Part shown: piece by piece, positions 22,653 through 36,406 of the stretch | Layout of the letters: each line of letters begins with the position of its first letter | Numbering within the stretch: the stretch's first letter is position 1 | DNA from: Macrostomum lignano | Lineage: Eukaryota | Reading direction: 5' to 3' | Assembly: GCA_002269645.1 (NCBI GenBank) | Contig: NIVC01000089.1 | Coordinates: 868,001 to 932,000 of the forward strand | DNA length: 64,000 bases | Position numbers and translations under genes: made by a program | The notes under the pieces: generated by a model | What the model was told of the DNA's origin: nothing | Database searches by the model: none | Seen by the model: only the letters and a program-made list of their open reading frames with translations

Positions 22653-23305
22653 ATGGCATCCCATCTCAGAAATGTGAATAGAATACACAAATGCCAGGGA
22701 TATTTCATCATCACTGACATGCAAGCCTCAAGCGGTCATCAAACACTGTAGAAATTCGACTGCTTTAAGCTGGCATTGTGCCGGCAAAATGCTTCATTCC
22801 CTTTGCTAGATTTTATCTGAGCAACGTTATTGTCTCAAATATGCGTTATCCACCATATATTATTTGTATAATTGCGATGCATTGAATTCGCAAAATCTTT
22901 AATTACTTGGAATTATCAATAAACAAATAAAAGGAAGCCGCGGTTAAAATGTTATTATGTAACTGATCGCGATTACATACATCGAGCTTACATCGAGCTA
23001 TTAGGTAGCTGCTAATAAAAGTTTTCTGAATTTAGTAATTGTATTTTAGCATCTTTATACTCACTGTATAGGTGTCATGCGCTATTTACACACTAGAAAA
23101 TTTCTGGGAATTACGGTTGTCTAAAATAGTGACGGAACTAACTAAAGGGGAATTTTAAAGTTACATTTTGAAAAAAGACTTTTTGAAAGAATTGACGATG
23201 TCAGAACCAGAAAAAAACAGCAATTGCTCCGTATGGAGATCGAAGAGAACTAAAAGATAAGAAAAAAAGACAGAAGGCGAAAACCAGGCGATAAAAAGTT
23301 AGACA

Positions 23306-23429
<124 letters not shown>

Positions 23430-24829
23430 GAGATGACAGATAAGAAAGACAAGAAAGATGAGAGAGAACAGAGACATAAGTGAGATGAGATGGATACGAG
23501 AGACATAAGAGTTAAGTGAGATGAGAGTGATGAGAGAGAGACGAGAGACAGACAGATGGGAGGCATGAGAGAGACAGAGAGATAAAAGAGGTGAGAGCAG
23601 AGGGATGAAATACGGAGAGATTGGCATGTCTGTAGGCGACAAAGAGTTAAGACAAATATGAGGGGTAGGATAGACACGAGATTAGATAAAAGATTGGGGA
23701 TGGTTAACGAGGCTGAGGAGAACAGAAGAGCAGACACTGGCCAACGCTAAGCGGAGATGAGCTTGCCAGATAGCAAGTCCTATTCATTCGCTGCCTCCAT
23801 TCTTCATTACAGCCTGACAGCCATAGCAAAGAGGTAATTATAGACAGAATAGTGTATATGCCTACATGAGAACTGTTCATCGGCTCACAATGACACGAAA
23901 AATCTGCGTTAGAGACTACCGAGCCCATGGGTAGAAGCACATTGCGGTCGATACGAAACAGCCGTCCTAAGCCGGGCCCTTGGAGACAGGGGCCTGGACC
24001 TTGACGATTAGCAATAGTTAAATTCGATAGACTTCATAGCGACCCCAATCTCTCATCTCTCGCTTTCTATCTCTCCCTATGGGATTTCGCCGCGTGGATG
24101 GGTTTAAGGCGGGGCGTGGCCTGTCCGCGCCCATTGTGCCACCCTGCCCCCCCCCACCCGACTGGGACCTTCGCCGCGCGCGTCAATTGATTTTGTTGCA
24201 GTTGCGGGGTCGCCCGCGCGTGGAGAGACGCTGGGATCCGGTGGGATGAGGAGACAGGGGGGGGGTTAGTTTGTCGGGAGCACGGCTAGCTATAGCCGTA
24301 TAGGGAAAGATTGGAATCCACTGCAGCAGTTAAGGCAACGGTTAGCTTGTTAATCCTCTGTCTGGTAGCCTTGGGGGTATTGTGACGCACTTTGAATCAC
24401 CGGCTAAGGATTATTGGGATTGGGATGGGCGCCATATACTCTATAATAGCCTCGAGTGAAACTAGGTCATTGCAGCTCACCATAGTATTGCACTAGCAAT
24501 CCGCAACCGTTTTCAACAGCAGTCAGCAGCTGGTTGCGTGCAAATGACTTGGACTGAATCGGTGCCAGCGTCTTGTCGGCTGTTTTCTGTGTTTTTTCTC
24601 TCGCTTTGAGAGTCGATCGGATTGGCAAAGTAGATTTGTCGTGTTTCTGTTTTTTTGCAAAAGAAATATATCAAGTTTTAAGGCCATCTAGACAGAGATA
24701 GTTACATACAACTACGTTCGTACCCTGTGCGCGCAGGCTTAGCTTCTTATCTTAGCTTGCTGGGCTAGGCTTGGTTGATACAAAGCCTGAAGGCAATAAA
24801 AATGAAGCAATAAACCTTAATTGTATCGA

Positions 24830-25600
24830 CTGGGCCCAGACTAAACCTGATGGTTCACTACAACACTGGCGGTAAGATAAGCAGCACTCTTATCTTAGAC
24901 CCAACTATAGGCCCAGACTAAACTTGATGACTCACCACAACACTGGCGGTAAGATAAGCAGCACTCATATCTTAGACCCAACTATAGGCTCTGACTAAAC
25001 TTGATGACTCACCACAACACTGGCGGTAAGATAAGCAGCACTCTTATCTTAGACCCAACTATAGGCCCAGACTAAAGTTGATGACTCACCACAACACTGG
25101 CGGTAAGATAAACAGCACTCTTATCTTAGACTCAACTATAGGCCCAGACTAAAGTTGATGACTCACCACAACACTGGCGGTAAGATAAGCAGCACTCTTA
25201 TCTTAGACCCAACTATAGGCTCAGACTAAACTTGATGACTCACCACAACACTGGCGGTAAGATAAGCAGCACTTTTATCTTAGACCCAACTATAGGCCCA
25301 GACTAAACTTGATGACTCACCACAACACTGGCGGTAAGATAAGCAGCACTCTTATCTTAGACCCAACTATAGGCCCAGACTAAAGTTGATGACTCACCAC
25401 AACACTGGCGGTAAGATAAGCAGCACTCTTATCTTAGACCCAACTATAGGCCCAGACTAAAGTTGATGACTCACCACAACACTGGCGGTAAGATAAGCAG
25501 CACTCTTATCTTGGACCCACTACGCCCAAACTAAACTTGATGACTCATCGTAGCACTGGCGGTAAGATGTTTTATCTTAGCCCTAACGAGGCCCATGACT
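24830..25600. repeat. 77-bp tandem array with a 9-bp-stem hairpin, 9 full copies plus degenerate ends
   Basis: taagataag-cagcact-cttatctta starts at 24873, 24950, 25027, 25104, 25181, 25258, 25335, 25412 and 25489. Confidence 0.95.
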
Positions 25601-27057
25601 CATCGCAGTGGTGGCAGTAAAGGACAGCCGGATAGGAAGGAACCGGATTTGAACCTGGTCAGATCCTGTGCTTGCTAACTCGGACCTAAATTTGATCACA
25701 GCAATTAACAACTTGACTAGAAGCGTGAATGTCTGTGAATATTGGCACTACTGGCCTGAGAGATTTTCTGGACCACTTCAGGGGGCAGCTTCGCACCTGC
25801 GTAAAAATCGAGAGCCATCCCTCAAGCGGCCTGACGCGCACCTATTTAATATGCGGCGGGGGCGGGGGGATCGGGTCTGTGACGCTAATTGATGGCACCA
25901 GGTGGTTGCTGGGCAAACAGACATCCTGTGGAGTGCAATTGGAGAATTTCTGGAGGATTTGACGAAAAAAAAGTCAATGGCATTCCAGGCCTCTGCAGCC
26001 GCGAGAAATCCACCTGCGCTTCGCTTGCGCCGGAAAGTGGCTTTAATGAAAGGATTTCCAGCACCTGAACCTTTGCATGCAGAAAAATGGTTAAAATCCA
26101 GTGAAAAATTTCTTTTAAATTGAACTGAATTAAGGTAAGAAATGCAAACGTTTGCCGTGTACTTTTATTGGAAACTAATATTTGATTTTCACTGGAGGCC
26201 CACTCTTATTATAATTTTATCAGAATCTTATCAGAACTGAATTCAAAGTAAAGTAAAACTTAAGTTTTATTTATGAATTATAATAATAATTAATAACCGA
26301 TAACGCGACCTCTACAAACGACCGCGAACTGTCGGCAACTTCAAGTGTAAGGCTCTTGACAGTTGGGCTTTCAGACACTCCTTTGACAACCACTGTGCTC
26401 AATAAAATATATAATAACGCTACTTTTGAGTGGGTCCTCTTCATAAAATGATTGAGAGCAATGCAGACTGCTGCTTTATAAGTCCTGCCGTGATCATCTT
26501 CAGAACAGCAGCGGGGAAAGCTTCTCAGCTTTCAGCAATGGGAAAGGCTCTCCCTCTCTCTCGGTTCACTCACCCTGCATTGCCGGCTGGCCTCTAAAAC
26601 TGCTTTCGATTGAAGAGTCCAATCAATTTTTCTATTCTCTCCTCCCCGTCTGCTTTCAGGCGGGGGCAGCAGCAGACTGGAGTGGCGCAAAGTGCTGCGC
26701 GCAGCCTCGCAACGCCCAATGGCTTGGAATGAAGTGCGGACTCAGAGATTCTAAGCTAAGTGCTTGGATGGGCGAGCGGGCGAGCGAGTGGCTGAGCGAT
26801 TGGACGGCTGGAGACTGGCGACTGCGGAGGTGAAGCTTTTGAAGGCTCAGAGCAGATCAGCAGGGCAGTCTGGCAGTTAATCAGTGCCCAAGTCTAGCTG
26901 TCTTAGTCAGATATTAGAAACCTGACGAAGGCGCATCAGACATTTGAATAGCAAAATTTTACGCTAGTATTGCGTTAAGTGAGTTTAAGTGACGCTGACG
27001 TTCACAATTTCCAACAGCTCAGGTCACCTCAAATTGAATTTTAGTTTACGCTTTGCT

Positions 27058-27450
27058 AGGGAGGGGGTAGCGGCAGCTGACTGACTCACTGGGGAGGGGG
27101 TAGCGGCAGCTGACTGACTCACTGGGGAGGGGGTAGCGGCAGCTGACTGACTCACTGGAGAGGGGGTAGCGGCAGCTGACTGACTCACTGGGGAGGGGGT
27201 AGCGGCAGCTGACTGACTCACTGGGGAGGGGGTAGCGGCAGCTGACTGACTCACTGGGGAGGGGGTAGCGGCAGCTGACTGACTCACTGGGGAGGGGGTA
27301 GCGGCAGCTGACTGACTCACTGGGGAGGGGGTAGCGGCAGCTGACTGACTCACTGGGGAGGGGGTAGCGGCAGCTGACTGACTCACTGGAGAGGGGGTAG
27401 CGGCAGCTGACTGACTCACTGGAGAGGGGGTAGCGGCAGCTGACTGACTA
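27058..27450. repeat. 33-bp G-rich minisatellite ggggagggggtagcggcagctgactgactcact, ~12 copies
   Basis: Read directly. Confidence 0.96.
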
Positions 27451-27469
27451 GAACTCCAAGATTCCAATA

Positions 27470-28480
27470 GCCTAGAACAATAAAGGACATGCTAATTGGT
27501 AGAAGTAAATTGAATAGGACTTTCCCATACATCCAAGCGATCGACAATTCGCATGCAGACGAAACAAAGTGATGAAGAAAAAGTTCTCAACTGCCTGGCC
27601 TGGAACTGTGCCAGATTGGGGAACCGGCTTACGACACGGTCGGTCACGCAATGGGGGTGGTGAGGCAGAGTATCTATCCATCACACAAGCTCTTTGGACG
27701 CGACTATTTAATGCATTTGATTCGGTTGCAATCCTACTTTTTCTGTTCCATTTTGTTTTGCTGCCGAAGAAGTGTTTTTCTGTGATTAAAACCGGATAAA
27801 ATTACAAGTATTCGATCAGGCCCCAATCGATTATCTGTAACGATTGTCAATAGTTCAGCCTACAGTGTCCTCAAATACTGTCTCTCAAATTTCGCCAGCC
27901 AATTTGTACTTTCTTCGAACCATTGCTGCATGACGAATTGACGAGTTTCTTTAATCGGTTTTTTCTCCAACTTTTTTGCTCTGCGTGGCTTCTCCAAGCA
28001 CAGGACAAACAGGCGCTCCAAGTGGATGGGATGGGCAGGCAACTCCGCCGCGAAAGACAGGCTCGCTATATGCAGGTCCCACAGTCACGCCACTTTGCGA
28101 GAGCTCAGAAATCAGGACTGGCGTTAGTTTGAGTCACTATATACTACTAAGCCTTTAGTACGGGTCCTCCATTGGTAAGTGTCAACAACATTGCATCGAA
28201 AACAGCATAAGCAATGATGAGGCGTTCCAGCTGCAGTGTGGCGCCGTTCGAGAATTTATTTTTATTAACTTCCCGAGCAGTCCTTGGTTGCCTGCATCCT
28301 GCCAGCCCGGTAGCCGGGCCCTTCCTGACGATTCTGAAAAAATCCTTAGCGTGCCCACTGGGAGAGGAAATTTCATGGGTTGCGGTGGGCCAGCAGAGCG
28401 AGAGAGGCCGATGAGTGACAGATCGAATCGCTGCGGGAGTCCAGCCAGAGACAGGGAATCAGGCAGTGATGAGGGAGGGG
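27470..28480 (-). mobile_element. Decayed coding element, copy B of the same family
   Basis: ELSQSGVTVGPAYSEPVFRGG (SEPVFRG at 28047-28067) aligns with QMVSAGAVFNSSSLSHLFFRGS (SHLFFRG at 30733-30753). Many stops; CT-rich leader near 28390-28480. Confidence 0.35.
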
Positions 28481-30099
28481 GATCTTGAAGGGTGATTGCG
28501 ACGTGGGTTTCGTATCATTATAGGCGTACATGCAGCTATCATGATAGGTAATTGACACGATCAAAGCTCAATCAACATGGGAGGCTGAAGTTTTTAGGAT
28601 TCGAGGAACTTTCAGCAGAGGATTTTAGAGGTCGCCTCAGTGAACTGAGAGCATTTGTTTTTAGCGTCAAGCTACCGAGTGAAGAGCTGCAGAGTACTAT
28701 ACACAGTGCCGTCTCCTCTCGCGGTCAATCTACTCTATTGATTCCCATCTGTTAAGCCTCTCTAGCCTCGTAAGCATATTATAGATCCTTTGTTTCCCTG
28801 GGGAAGGGGATCATGCAGAGAGGCGGAGGAGTGGCTCACACAACTACTCAGCTGGGTGAATATTGTAAAAAGCACTGCCGGCATGTATTACGGTGCGCCA
28901 TTGGGCGAGTGATCGAGCCAGCATAATTCCAATTTCCTCCTCTAAATGGGAGCCAATTCCATTTTTTCTCCTTCCCTCTCTTGCGCGTTTCTGTGGTTTC
29001 GTTTCCGCTTCTAAGGCCGGTCGGCTGGCGTCAAAAAATGAGAAGATCCGAGGCAGAAGGGGGGGGGCGTAGCGCGGAGGTCCGATCACTAATACTGCTG
29101 GGACTGCGCGACGCTCAATGCAATTCAGATCCAATTTCCCAATCGAAAATGCCCCGTTACCGGGGTATGTTTTGCGTATGCAATGCAAGGACCACTATAA
29201 GTTACCACTGTATCTTTTCGTTCATACACGTTGATACAACGGGTAACTTCTAGTGGTCCTTGATGCAATGCAGAACATGTTTCCTCCTGCATGCGGTGTT
29301 GTTTCCCCAGGGCTGTGCAACGGTACGAATACCAAACTGATGGGTGATTTTTTCTACCTTACAGGAGAAGGAAGCATAATTAATGATTAGGTTTATTCGA
29401 GTATTTTAGTGTGCCTTGCCAGAAGAGGCATTTTCAGTATTTGAGTATACAAGATCGTAAGATGTGCCAATGCCAAACTATGCAAGGTAACAACCAGTAC
29501 TGTCACAAGCCCAGATTATTTGTTAAAAACACAGTGCACAGGATTTTTTTTACAAAATAAACTTCTTTCAATGACGTAAATAATTATTGCAAACAATCTT
29601 TAACGCTTGCTGCTTGACGCAATGATAGGGTGTCAGCCTCATGGGACTTACGGACAGGGGTTGGGTATATGGCAAATTCAATGCATATGCTGAGCTCCAT
29701 GGAAGTTAAAATAAGGCAGCCGAATGAACTATATTTGCTATAACCTCGAACAGCACGAAAAGTAAACACAACAGAAACAACGACAGACAGTCAGGCGTGC
29801 TCATCTCCTCTAAACCGTTCCTTCCTGGACTGTCTTACATTTTAAGAAGCATATTTGCTTCGCAGTATGTGACACGCATTTTTTATGTCAAATTTACGAT
29901 AGGCGAAAATTCAGTCTGACATGACAGATTCTGCAGAAGTCTGTTAACCAAAAGGATTTCTGCTTGAAAATACGAGTACTAAGGCACTTTATTTAATAAC
30001 AGATTTTTCATAAGTCTATTGAATTAAACAAGGTGCTACAGCAGCTACACCAAAAACCAGATTTGCCTCATGTTAAGCTGAAGGAGGTGCTACTTATGA

Positions 30100-30488
30100 T
30101 CAACATGGATTGGGTCATATGCTGAATATGCTACTTATACTCACCATGGACTGGGTCATATGCCAAGCTGAATATGCTACTTATACTCAACATGGACTGG
30201 GTCATATGCCAAACTGAATATGCTACTTATACTCAGCATGGACTGGGTCATATGCCAAGCTGAATATGCTACTTATACTCAGCATGGACTGGGTCATATG
30301 CCAAGCTGAATATGCTACTTATACTCAGCATGGACTGGGTCATATGCCAAACTGAATATGCTACTTATACTCAACACGGACTGGGTAATAAGCCAAGCTG
30401 AATATGCTACTTATACCCAGCATACATAAACTGAGTCATATGCTGAATATGCTACCTTCTTATACTCAACATTGACTGGGTCATATGC
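30100..30488. repeat. 46-bp minisatellite gccaagctgaatatgctacttatactcagcatggactgggtcatat, ~8 copies
   Basis: Period 46 (30254 to 30300). Confidence 0.92.
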
Positions 30489-31310
30489 CAAGGAGTTCTA
30501 ATGTCAGAAATAATTCTTGTTAAACGATCGTAAGCTTTGACTTGCAACTTCTCAATTAGCACAGAAAGCTTCTAGTTGTTTCAGTTCGTCAATCGACAGA
30601 GCCTCGTTGGCTACAGCGTAGCAGACGAATCGACCTTTGAAAGCGTTTGACTGAACGCTGCTGTAGCCAAGGCGTAGGCAACGCGGCGGGCCAGAGTAAA
30701 GACGCGTTTTCCAATTCAGCGTGCAGGAATGAGCCGCGGAAAAATAGATGGCTAAGACTGCTGCTATTGAACACAGCACCAGCTGACACCATCTGATTAT
30801 CCAGATTCAAACTGCGCATCAGGGCATCGGCCTTGTAAGCTACAATGCTCTCCGAACCATTCAGACTGGAGGAGAACGGATGGACAATAAGCAACCGCTT
30901 GTCGTCGTAGGATAACTCGCCTACGCAATCCTTTGAGTAGCAATCGTACAAACAGTGACAGGTGGACCGATCGCTATCGCGATACAGAGCGGCGTAGAAG
31001 GTAAATTGCTTCAGCCGGCTCAGATAAGTTGCCGCATTTCCATCGGTGGAAACTTCGATGAAATCATCCATGCTTCCTGTCGGAAAAATTGCACCCAGTT
31101 TGTTTCTGCTGACAGATCCCTGAGGAACGGCGGAGACCCTGCCCAGATTGCCCAAGTTCTTGAAGCGTGTCTAAAATCAAGGAATAAATCCAGCTTGGAC
31201 TGGAGAGAAAAACTCAGGTTTGATGTCGCATGTATAGTCTCATGTCTCATGTATATTCTAATGCCTCATGTATATTCAGTAGGTATGCAGAGAGCGAGAG
31301 AGAAATCCTT
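30489..31310 (-). mobile_element. Decayed coding element, copy C (188-aa ORF 31155-30589 plus frameshifted tail)
   Basis: Longest open copy of the family. Bounded on the left by CAAGGAGTTCTA (30489-30500), identical to the first 12 nt of the TIR element at 37677. Flanked by 46-bp and 27-bp minisatellites. Confidence 0.45.
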
Positions 31311-31324
31311 CTGTAAAGCTCCCT

Positions 31325-31730
31325 TTACAATGGCGCCGGATTTAGCGCCCCTTACAATGGCGCAGGATTTAGCGCTCCTTACAATAGCGCCGGTTTAGCG
31401 CCCCGTCACACACTAGTTCCGAATTTAGCATCCCTTACACACTGGCGCCGGATTTAGCGCCCCTTACAATGGGGCCGGATTTAGCGCCCCTTACAATGGC
31501 GCCGGATTTAGCGCTCCTTACAATGGCGCCGTATTTAGCGCCCCTTTTAATGGCGCTGGATTTAGCGCCTCTTATAAAGGCGCCGTATTAAGCGCCTCTT
31601 ATAGTGGCGCCGGATTTAGCGTCCCTTACAATGGCGCCGGATTTAGCGCCCCTTATAAAGGCGCCATATTTAGCGCCCCTTATGATGGCGCCGGATTTAG
31701 CGTCCCTTACAATGGCGCCGGATTTAATGA
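31325..31730. repeat. 27-bp minisatellite ggcgccggatttagcgccccttacaat, ~13 degenerate copies
   Basis: Read directly; internal ggcgc/gcgcc dyad. Confidence 0.92.
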
Positions 31731-32118
31731 CCCTAGTGCCGAAAAACTTAGAAAGAGGAATAAAGAGTAAGAATAATTTTACGAACAAGTAAAATGGAGA
31801 GTGTATATGAGACACACCACACAGGACTACTGCATGCGGAGCGGCAAGACACGCACCGCATACGGCACAGCGAACACACAAAGCGCAGCTGCAGTTTTAC
31901 TGTTAGCTATCGCCAAGTCAACAAGCAGAAATTGCATGGCGCCAACGTGTAATAAGCATTTTTTTCGTCAAAGATTTTGGAGTTAGATAGCCACGGGGGT
32001 AGGAAAAGTCAATCGAACAGCAGATGTTTTTCAGCACCTAAGATATTTTATTGCCGTCAACCAACCCTACAGCCAATATGTCCTATACGTACTGAATTTA
32101 GCTGGATTTTTTACCTAC

Positions 32119-34799
32119 CTGATAGTGTAGCAAAGCTAAATAAATAGCTGGCATTCCATTCACCTGCGTGCCATTTGAGCATGATCTGCCATTTGAGCAT
32201 GATGCTGTGCCATTTGAGCATGATGCTGTGTGCCATTTGAGCATGATGCTGTGTGCCATTTGAGCATGATGCTGTGTGCCATTTGAGCATGATGCTGTGT
32301 GCCATTTGAGCATGATGCTGTGTGCCATTTGAGCATGATGCTGTGTGCCATTTGAGCATGATGCTGTGTGCCATTTGAGCATGATGCTGTGTGCCATTCG
32401 AGCATGATGCTGTGTGCCATTTGAGCATGATGCTGTGTGCCATTTGAGCATGATGCTGTGTGCCATTTGAGCATGATGCTGTGTGCCATTTGAGCATGAT
32501 GCTGTGCCATTTGAGCATGATGCTGTGTGCCATTTGAGCATGATGCTGTGTGCCATTTGAGCATGATGCTGTGCCATTTGAGCATGATGCTGTGCCATTT
32601 GAGCATGATGCTGTACCACTTGAGCATGATGCTGTACCACTTGAGCATGATGCTGTACCACTTGAGCATGATGCTGTGTGCCATATTTGAGCATGATGCT
32701 GTGTGCCATTTGAGCATGATGCTGTGTGCCATTTGAGCATGATGCTGTGCCATTTGAGCATGATGCTGTGCCATTTGAGCATGATGCTGTTTGCCATTTG
32801 AGCATGATGCTGTACCATTTGAGCATGATGCTGTGCCATTTGAGCATGATGCTGTGTGCCATTTGAGCATGATGCTGTGTACCATTTGAGCATGATGCTG
32901 TGCCATTTGAGCATGATGCTGTGTGCCATTTGAGCATGATGCTGTGCCATTTGAGCATGATGCTGTGCCATTTGAGCATGATGCTGTGCCATTTGAGCAT
33001 GATGCTGTACCACTTGAGCATGATGCTGTACCACTTGAGCATGATGCTGTACCACTTGAGCATGATGCTGTGTGCCATATTTGAGCTTGATGCTGTGTGC
33101 CATTTGAGCATGATGCTGTGTGCCATTTGAGCATGATGCTGTGCCATTTGAGCATGATGCTGTTTGCCATTTGAGCATGATGCTGTGTGCCATTTGAGCA
33201 TGATGCTGTGTGCCATTTGAGCATGATGCTGTGCCATTTGAGCATGATGCTGTGTGCCATTTGAGCATGATGCTGTGTGCCATTTGAGCATGATGCTGTG
33301 CCATTTGAGCATGATGCTGTGCCATTTGAGCATGATGCTGTTTGCCATTTGAGCATGATGCTGTACCATTTGAGCATGATGCTGTGCCATTTGAGCATGA
33401 TGCTGTGTGCCATTTGAGCATGATGCTGTGTACCATTTGAGCATGATGCTGTGCCATTTGAGCATGATGCTGTGTGCCATTTGAGCATGATGCTGTGCCA
33501 TTTGAGCATGATGCTGTGCCATTTGAGCATGATGCTGTGCCATTTGAGCATGATGCTGTACCACTTGAGCATGATGCTGTACCACTTGAGCATGATGCTG
33601 TACCACTTGAGCATGATGCTGTGTGCCATATTTGAGCTTGATGCTGTGTGCCATTTGAGCATGATGCTGTGCCATTTGAGCATGATGCTGTGCCATTTGA
33701 GCATGATGCTGTTTGCCATTTGAGCATGATGCTGTGTGCCATTTGAGCATGATGCTGTGCCATTTGAGCATGATGCTGTGCCATTTGAGCATGATGCTGT
33801 GTGCCATTTGAGCATGATGCTGTACCATTTGAGCATGATGCTGTGCCATTTGAGCATGATGCTGTGTGCGATTTGAGCATGATGCTGTGCCATTTGAGCA
33901 TGATGCTGTGCCATTTGAGCATGATGCTGTGTGTCATTTGAGCATGATGCTGTGCCATTTGAGCATGATGCTGTGCCATTTGAGCATGATGCTGTGCCAT
34001 TTGAGCATGATTCTGTGTGCGATTTGAGCATGATGCTGTGCCATTTGAGCATGATGCTGTGCCATTTGAGCATGATGCTGTGCCATGTGAGCATGATGCT
34101 GTGCCATTTGAGCATGATGCTGTGCCATTTGAGCATGATGCTGTGCCATTTGAGCATGATGCTGTGTGCCATTTGAGCATGATGCTGTGCCATTTGAGCA
34201 TGATGCTGTGTGCCATTTGAGCATGATGCTGTGTGCCATTTGAGCATGATGCTGTGCCATTTGAGCATGATGCTGTACCACTTGAGCATGATGCTGTGTG
34301 CCATATTTGAGCATGATTCTGTGTGCCATTTGAGCATGATGCTGTGCCACTTGAGCATGATGCTGTGCCATTTGAGCATGATGCTGTGCCATGTGAGCAT
34401 GATGCTGTGCCATTTGAGCATGATGCTGTGTGCCATTTGAGCATGATGCTGTGTGCCATTTGAGCATGATGCTGTGTGCCATTTGAGCATGATGCTGTGT
34501 GCCATTTGAGCATGATGCTGTGTGCCATTTGAGCATGATGCTGTGTGCCATTTGAGCATGATGCTGTGTGCCATTTGAGCATGATGCTGTGTGCCATTTG
34601 AGCACGCTTTGCCATTTCAGTCACCAAATGCAATTTTACCTGTAAGGCAGTCCTGAGTCGCATAGGCCAGATGAACCATCCAGCTACCTGGCATGGCCAT
34701 GACCGTCAGCTCCAAAGGTCCGACAGCTGCATCTCCATCGAAGGCGGCAGAATGCTGCTCCTGAGTCAGCCTGAATCGCTGCACAGATTCGCACTTCAT
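32119..34799 (-). CDS. Tentative small spliced gene, weakly PSMG4 (proteasome assembly chaperone 4)-like; 3' end not found
   Basis: Exon 34799-34640 (acceptor tttcttacag just upstream of ATG, donor cag|gtaaaa) and a 45-nt exon 32163-32119 (donor cag|gtaggtaa) join in phase 1 across the 22-bp satellite: MKCESVQRFRLTQEQHSAAFDGDAAVGPLELTVMAMPGSWMVHLAYATQDCLTGEWNASYLFSFATLSG. FDGDAAVGPLELTVMAMPGSWMVHL aligns ungapped by eye to PSMG4 FSARLWEQLVHFHVMRLTDSLFLWV. Confidence 0.4.
32168..34605. repeat. 22/24-bp satellite gccatttgagcatgatgctgt(gt), ~105 copies
   Basis: Read directly; internal agcat-g-atgct dyad; fills the putative intron 32164-34639. Confidence 0.98.
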
Positions 34800-35582
34800 C
34801 CTGCTGTAAGAAATATATGCCGATATGTAGCGTTTAAAAAGAACTTTTGTTGGTAAAATAAAAAATTAGTATTTATTAATGCAAGTGGATCTGAGCACAG
34901 AGAGTTGCTATAAAAAGAGACAAAATTAAAAAGACACCAAATATGAGACACAGATACTACTGCAAGTAAATAACTGTACTAATTAATCATTTGTTTATTT
35001 GGGCCAAAATTCAAGTAATACGAGCGTAATTTGTGGAATTTTATTCACAAGAATCGATTTTAGAAAAAAAAATATTTATTCGATTATAAATAAACGAACG
35101 CTGACCAGATAATAACTACTAATTAAACGTATTAACTCAGCAATAAAAAACAATTAAAAATACAAAATCATGTCATAATTTAAAGAATTTGTGATTCGGA
35201 AATTACAAGCTAAAAAAACAAATATTTGATCAATATTTTAGGCTGCAGACGGCAAGCTCTGGGTTACAATGAATAATTTTATTATTATTTAAACTCCGTC
35301 GATGAAAACGCGAAACTTTCATAAACCCAACATTGCAGTCCCGGAGGATGCTCAATGCAGCCAGTCCAGTTCAATTTACCACAGAGCCGGAGCCAAACGG
35401 ATTGCAGGAATTCTGTAGTAGATTTGATTAAAACTAAAAAAATATTGACACTCACTGTCGGTGTCATGCTAGCGGACTATTTTGGCAGACATCTGGTCAC
35501 AATAAATTGAAAAAATATAGAGACAAAATTAAGAAACTAAAAATTTGCTCGCGTATGATAAATAAAACATGGGACCGATGTT

Positions 35583-36212
<630 letters not shown>

Positions 36213-36406
36213 AGACGGTCACAACAACGCAGACACAGAAGTGCAGTACAAATAGCGCATTTCCCTGGCAATGACAGCAGAAGCGGTGCACAGCTCCATC
36301 TAAGCTATTAACTGAATTGCAATTGGGGTTCACAAAGAGGAAAAATCCCTGCGGAACAAAACACAGGGCCGCACGCGCTTATAACAATTGCCGAGGCGAA
36401 TGGAAC

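Noticed and set aside
24830-25600. CRISPR array
   Set aside because: Hairpin repeats are separated by constant sequence, not unique spacers; eukaryotic context and no cas genes.
25790-25860. HUH/Rep endonuclease motif (ESHPSSG...HL)
   Set aside because: Needs a frameshift to build and lacks the second His and the catalytic Tyr motif.
30589-31155. Assignment to Polinton DNA polymerase B (YDDKR), KDZ/Zisupton transposase (DGN..L) or RNase H (TDG)
   Set aside because: Each rests on one short motif that is not conserved in copy A and lacks the surrounding family motifs.
32098-34663. 583-850-aa ORFs (MAQHHAQ/HSIMLKW/TASCSNG repeats)
   Set aside because: All three minus frames are open because the 22/24-bp unit lacks stops; no coherent protein.
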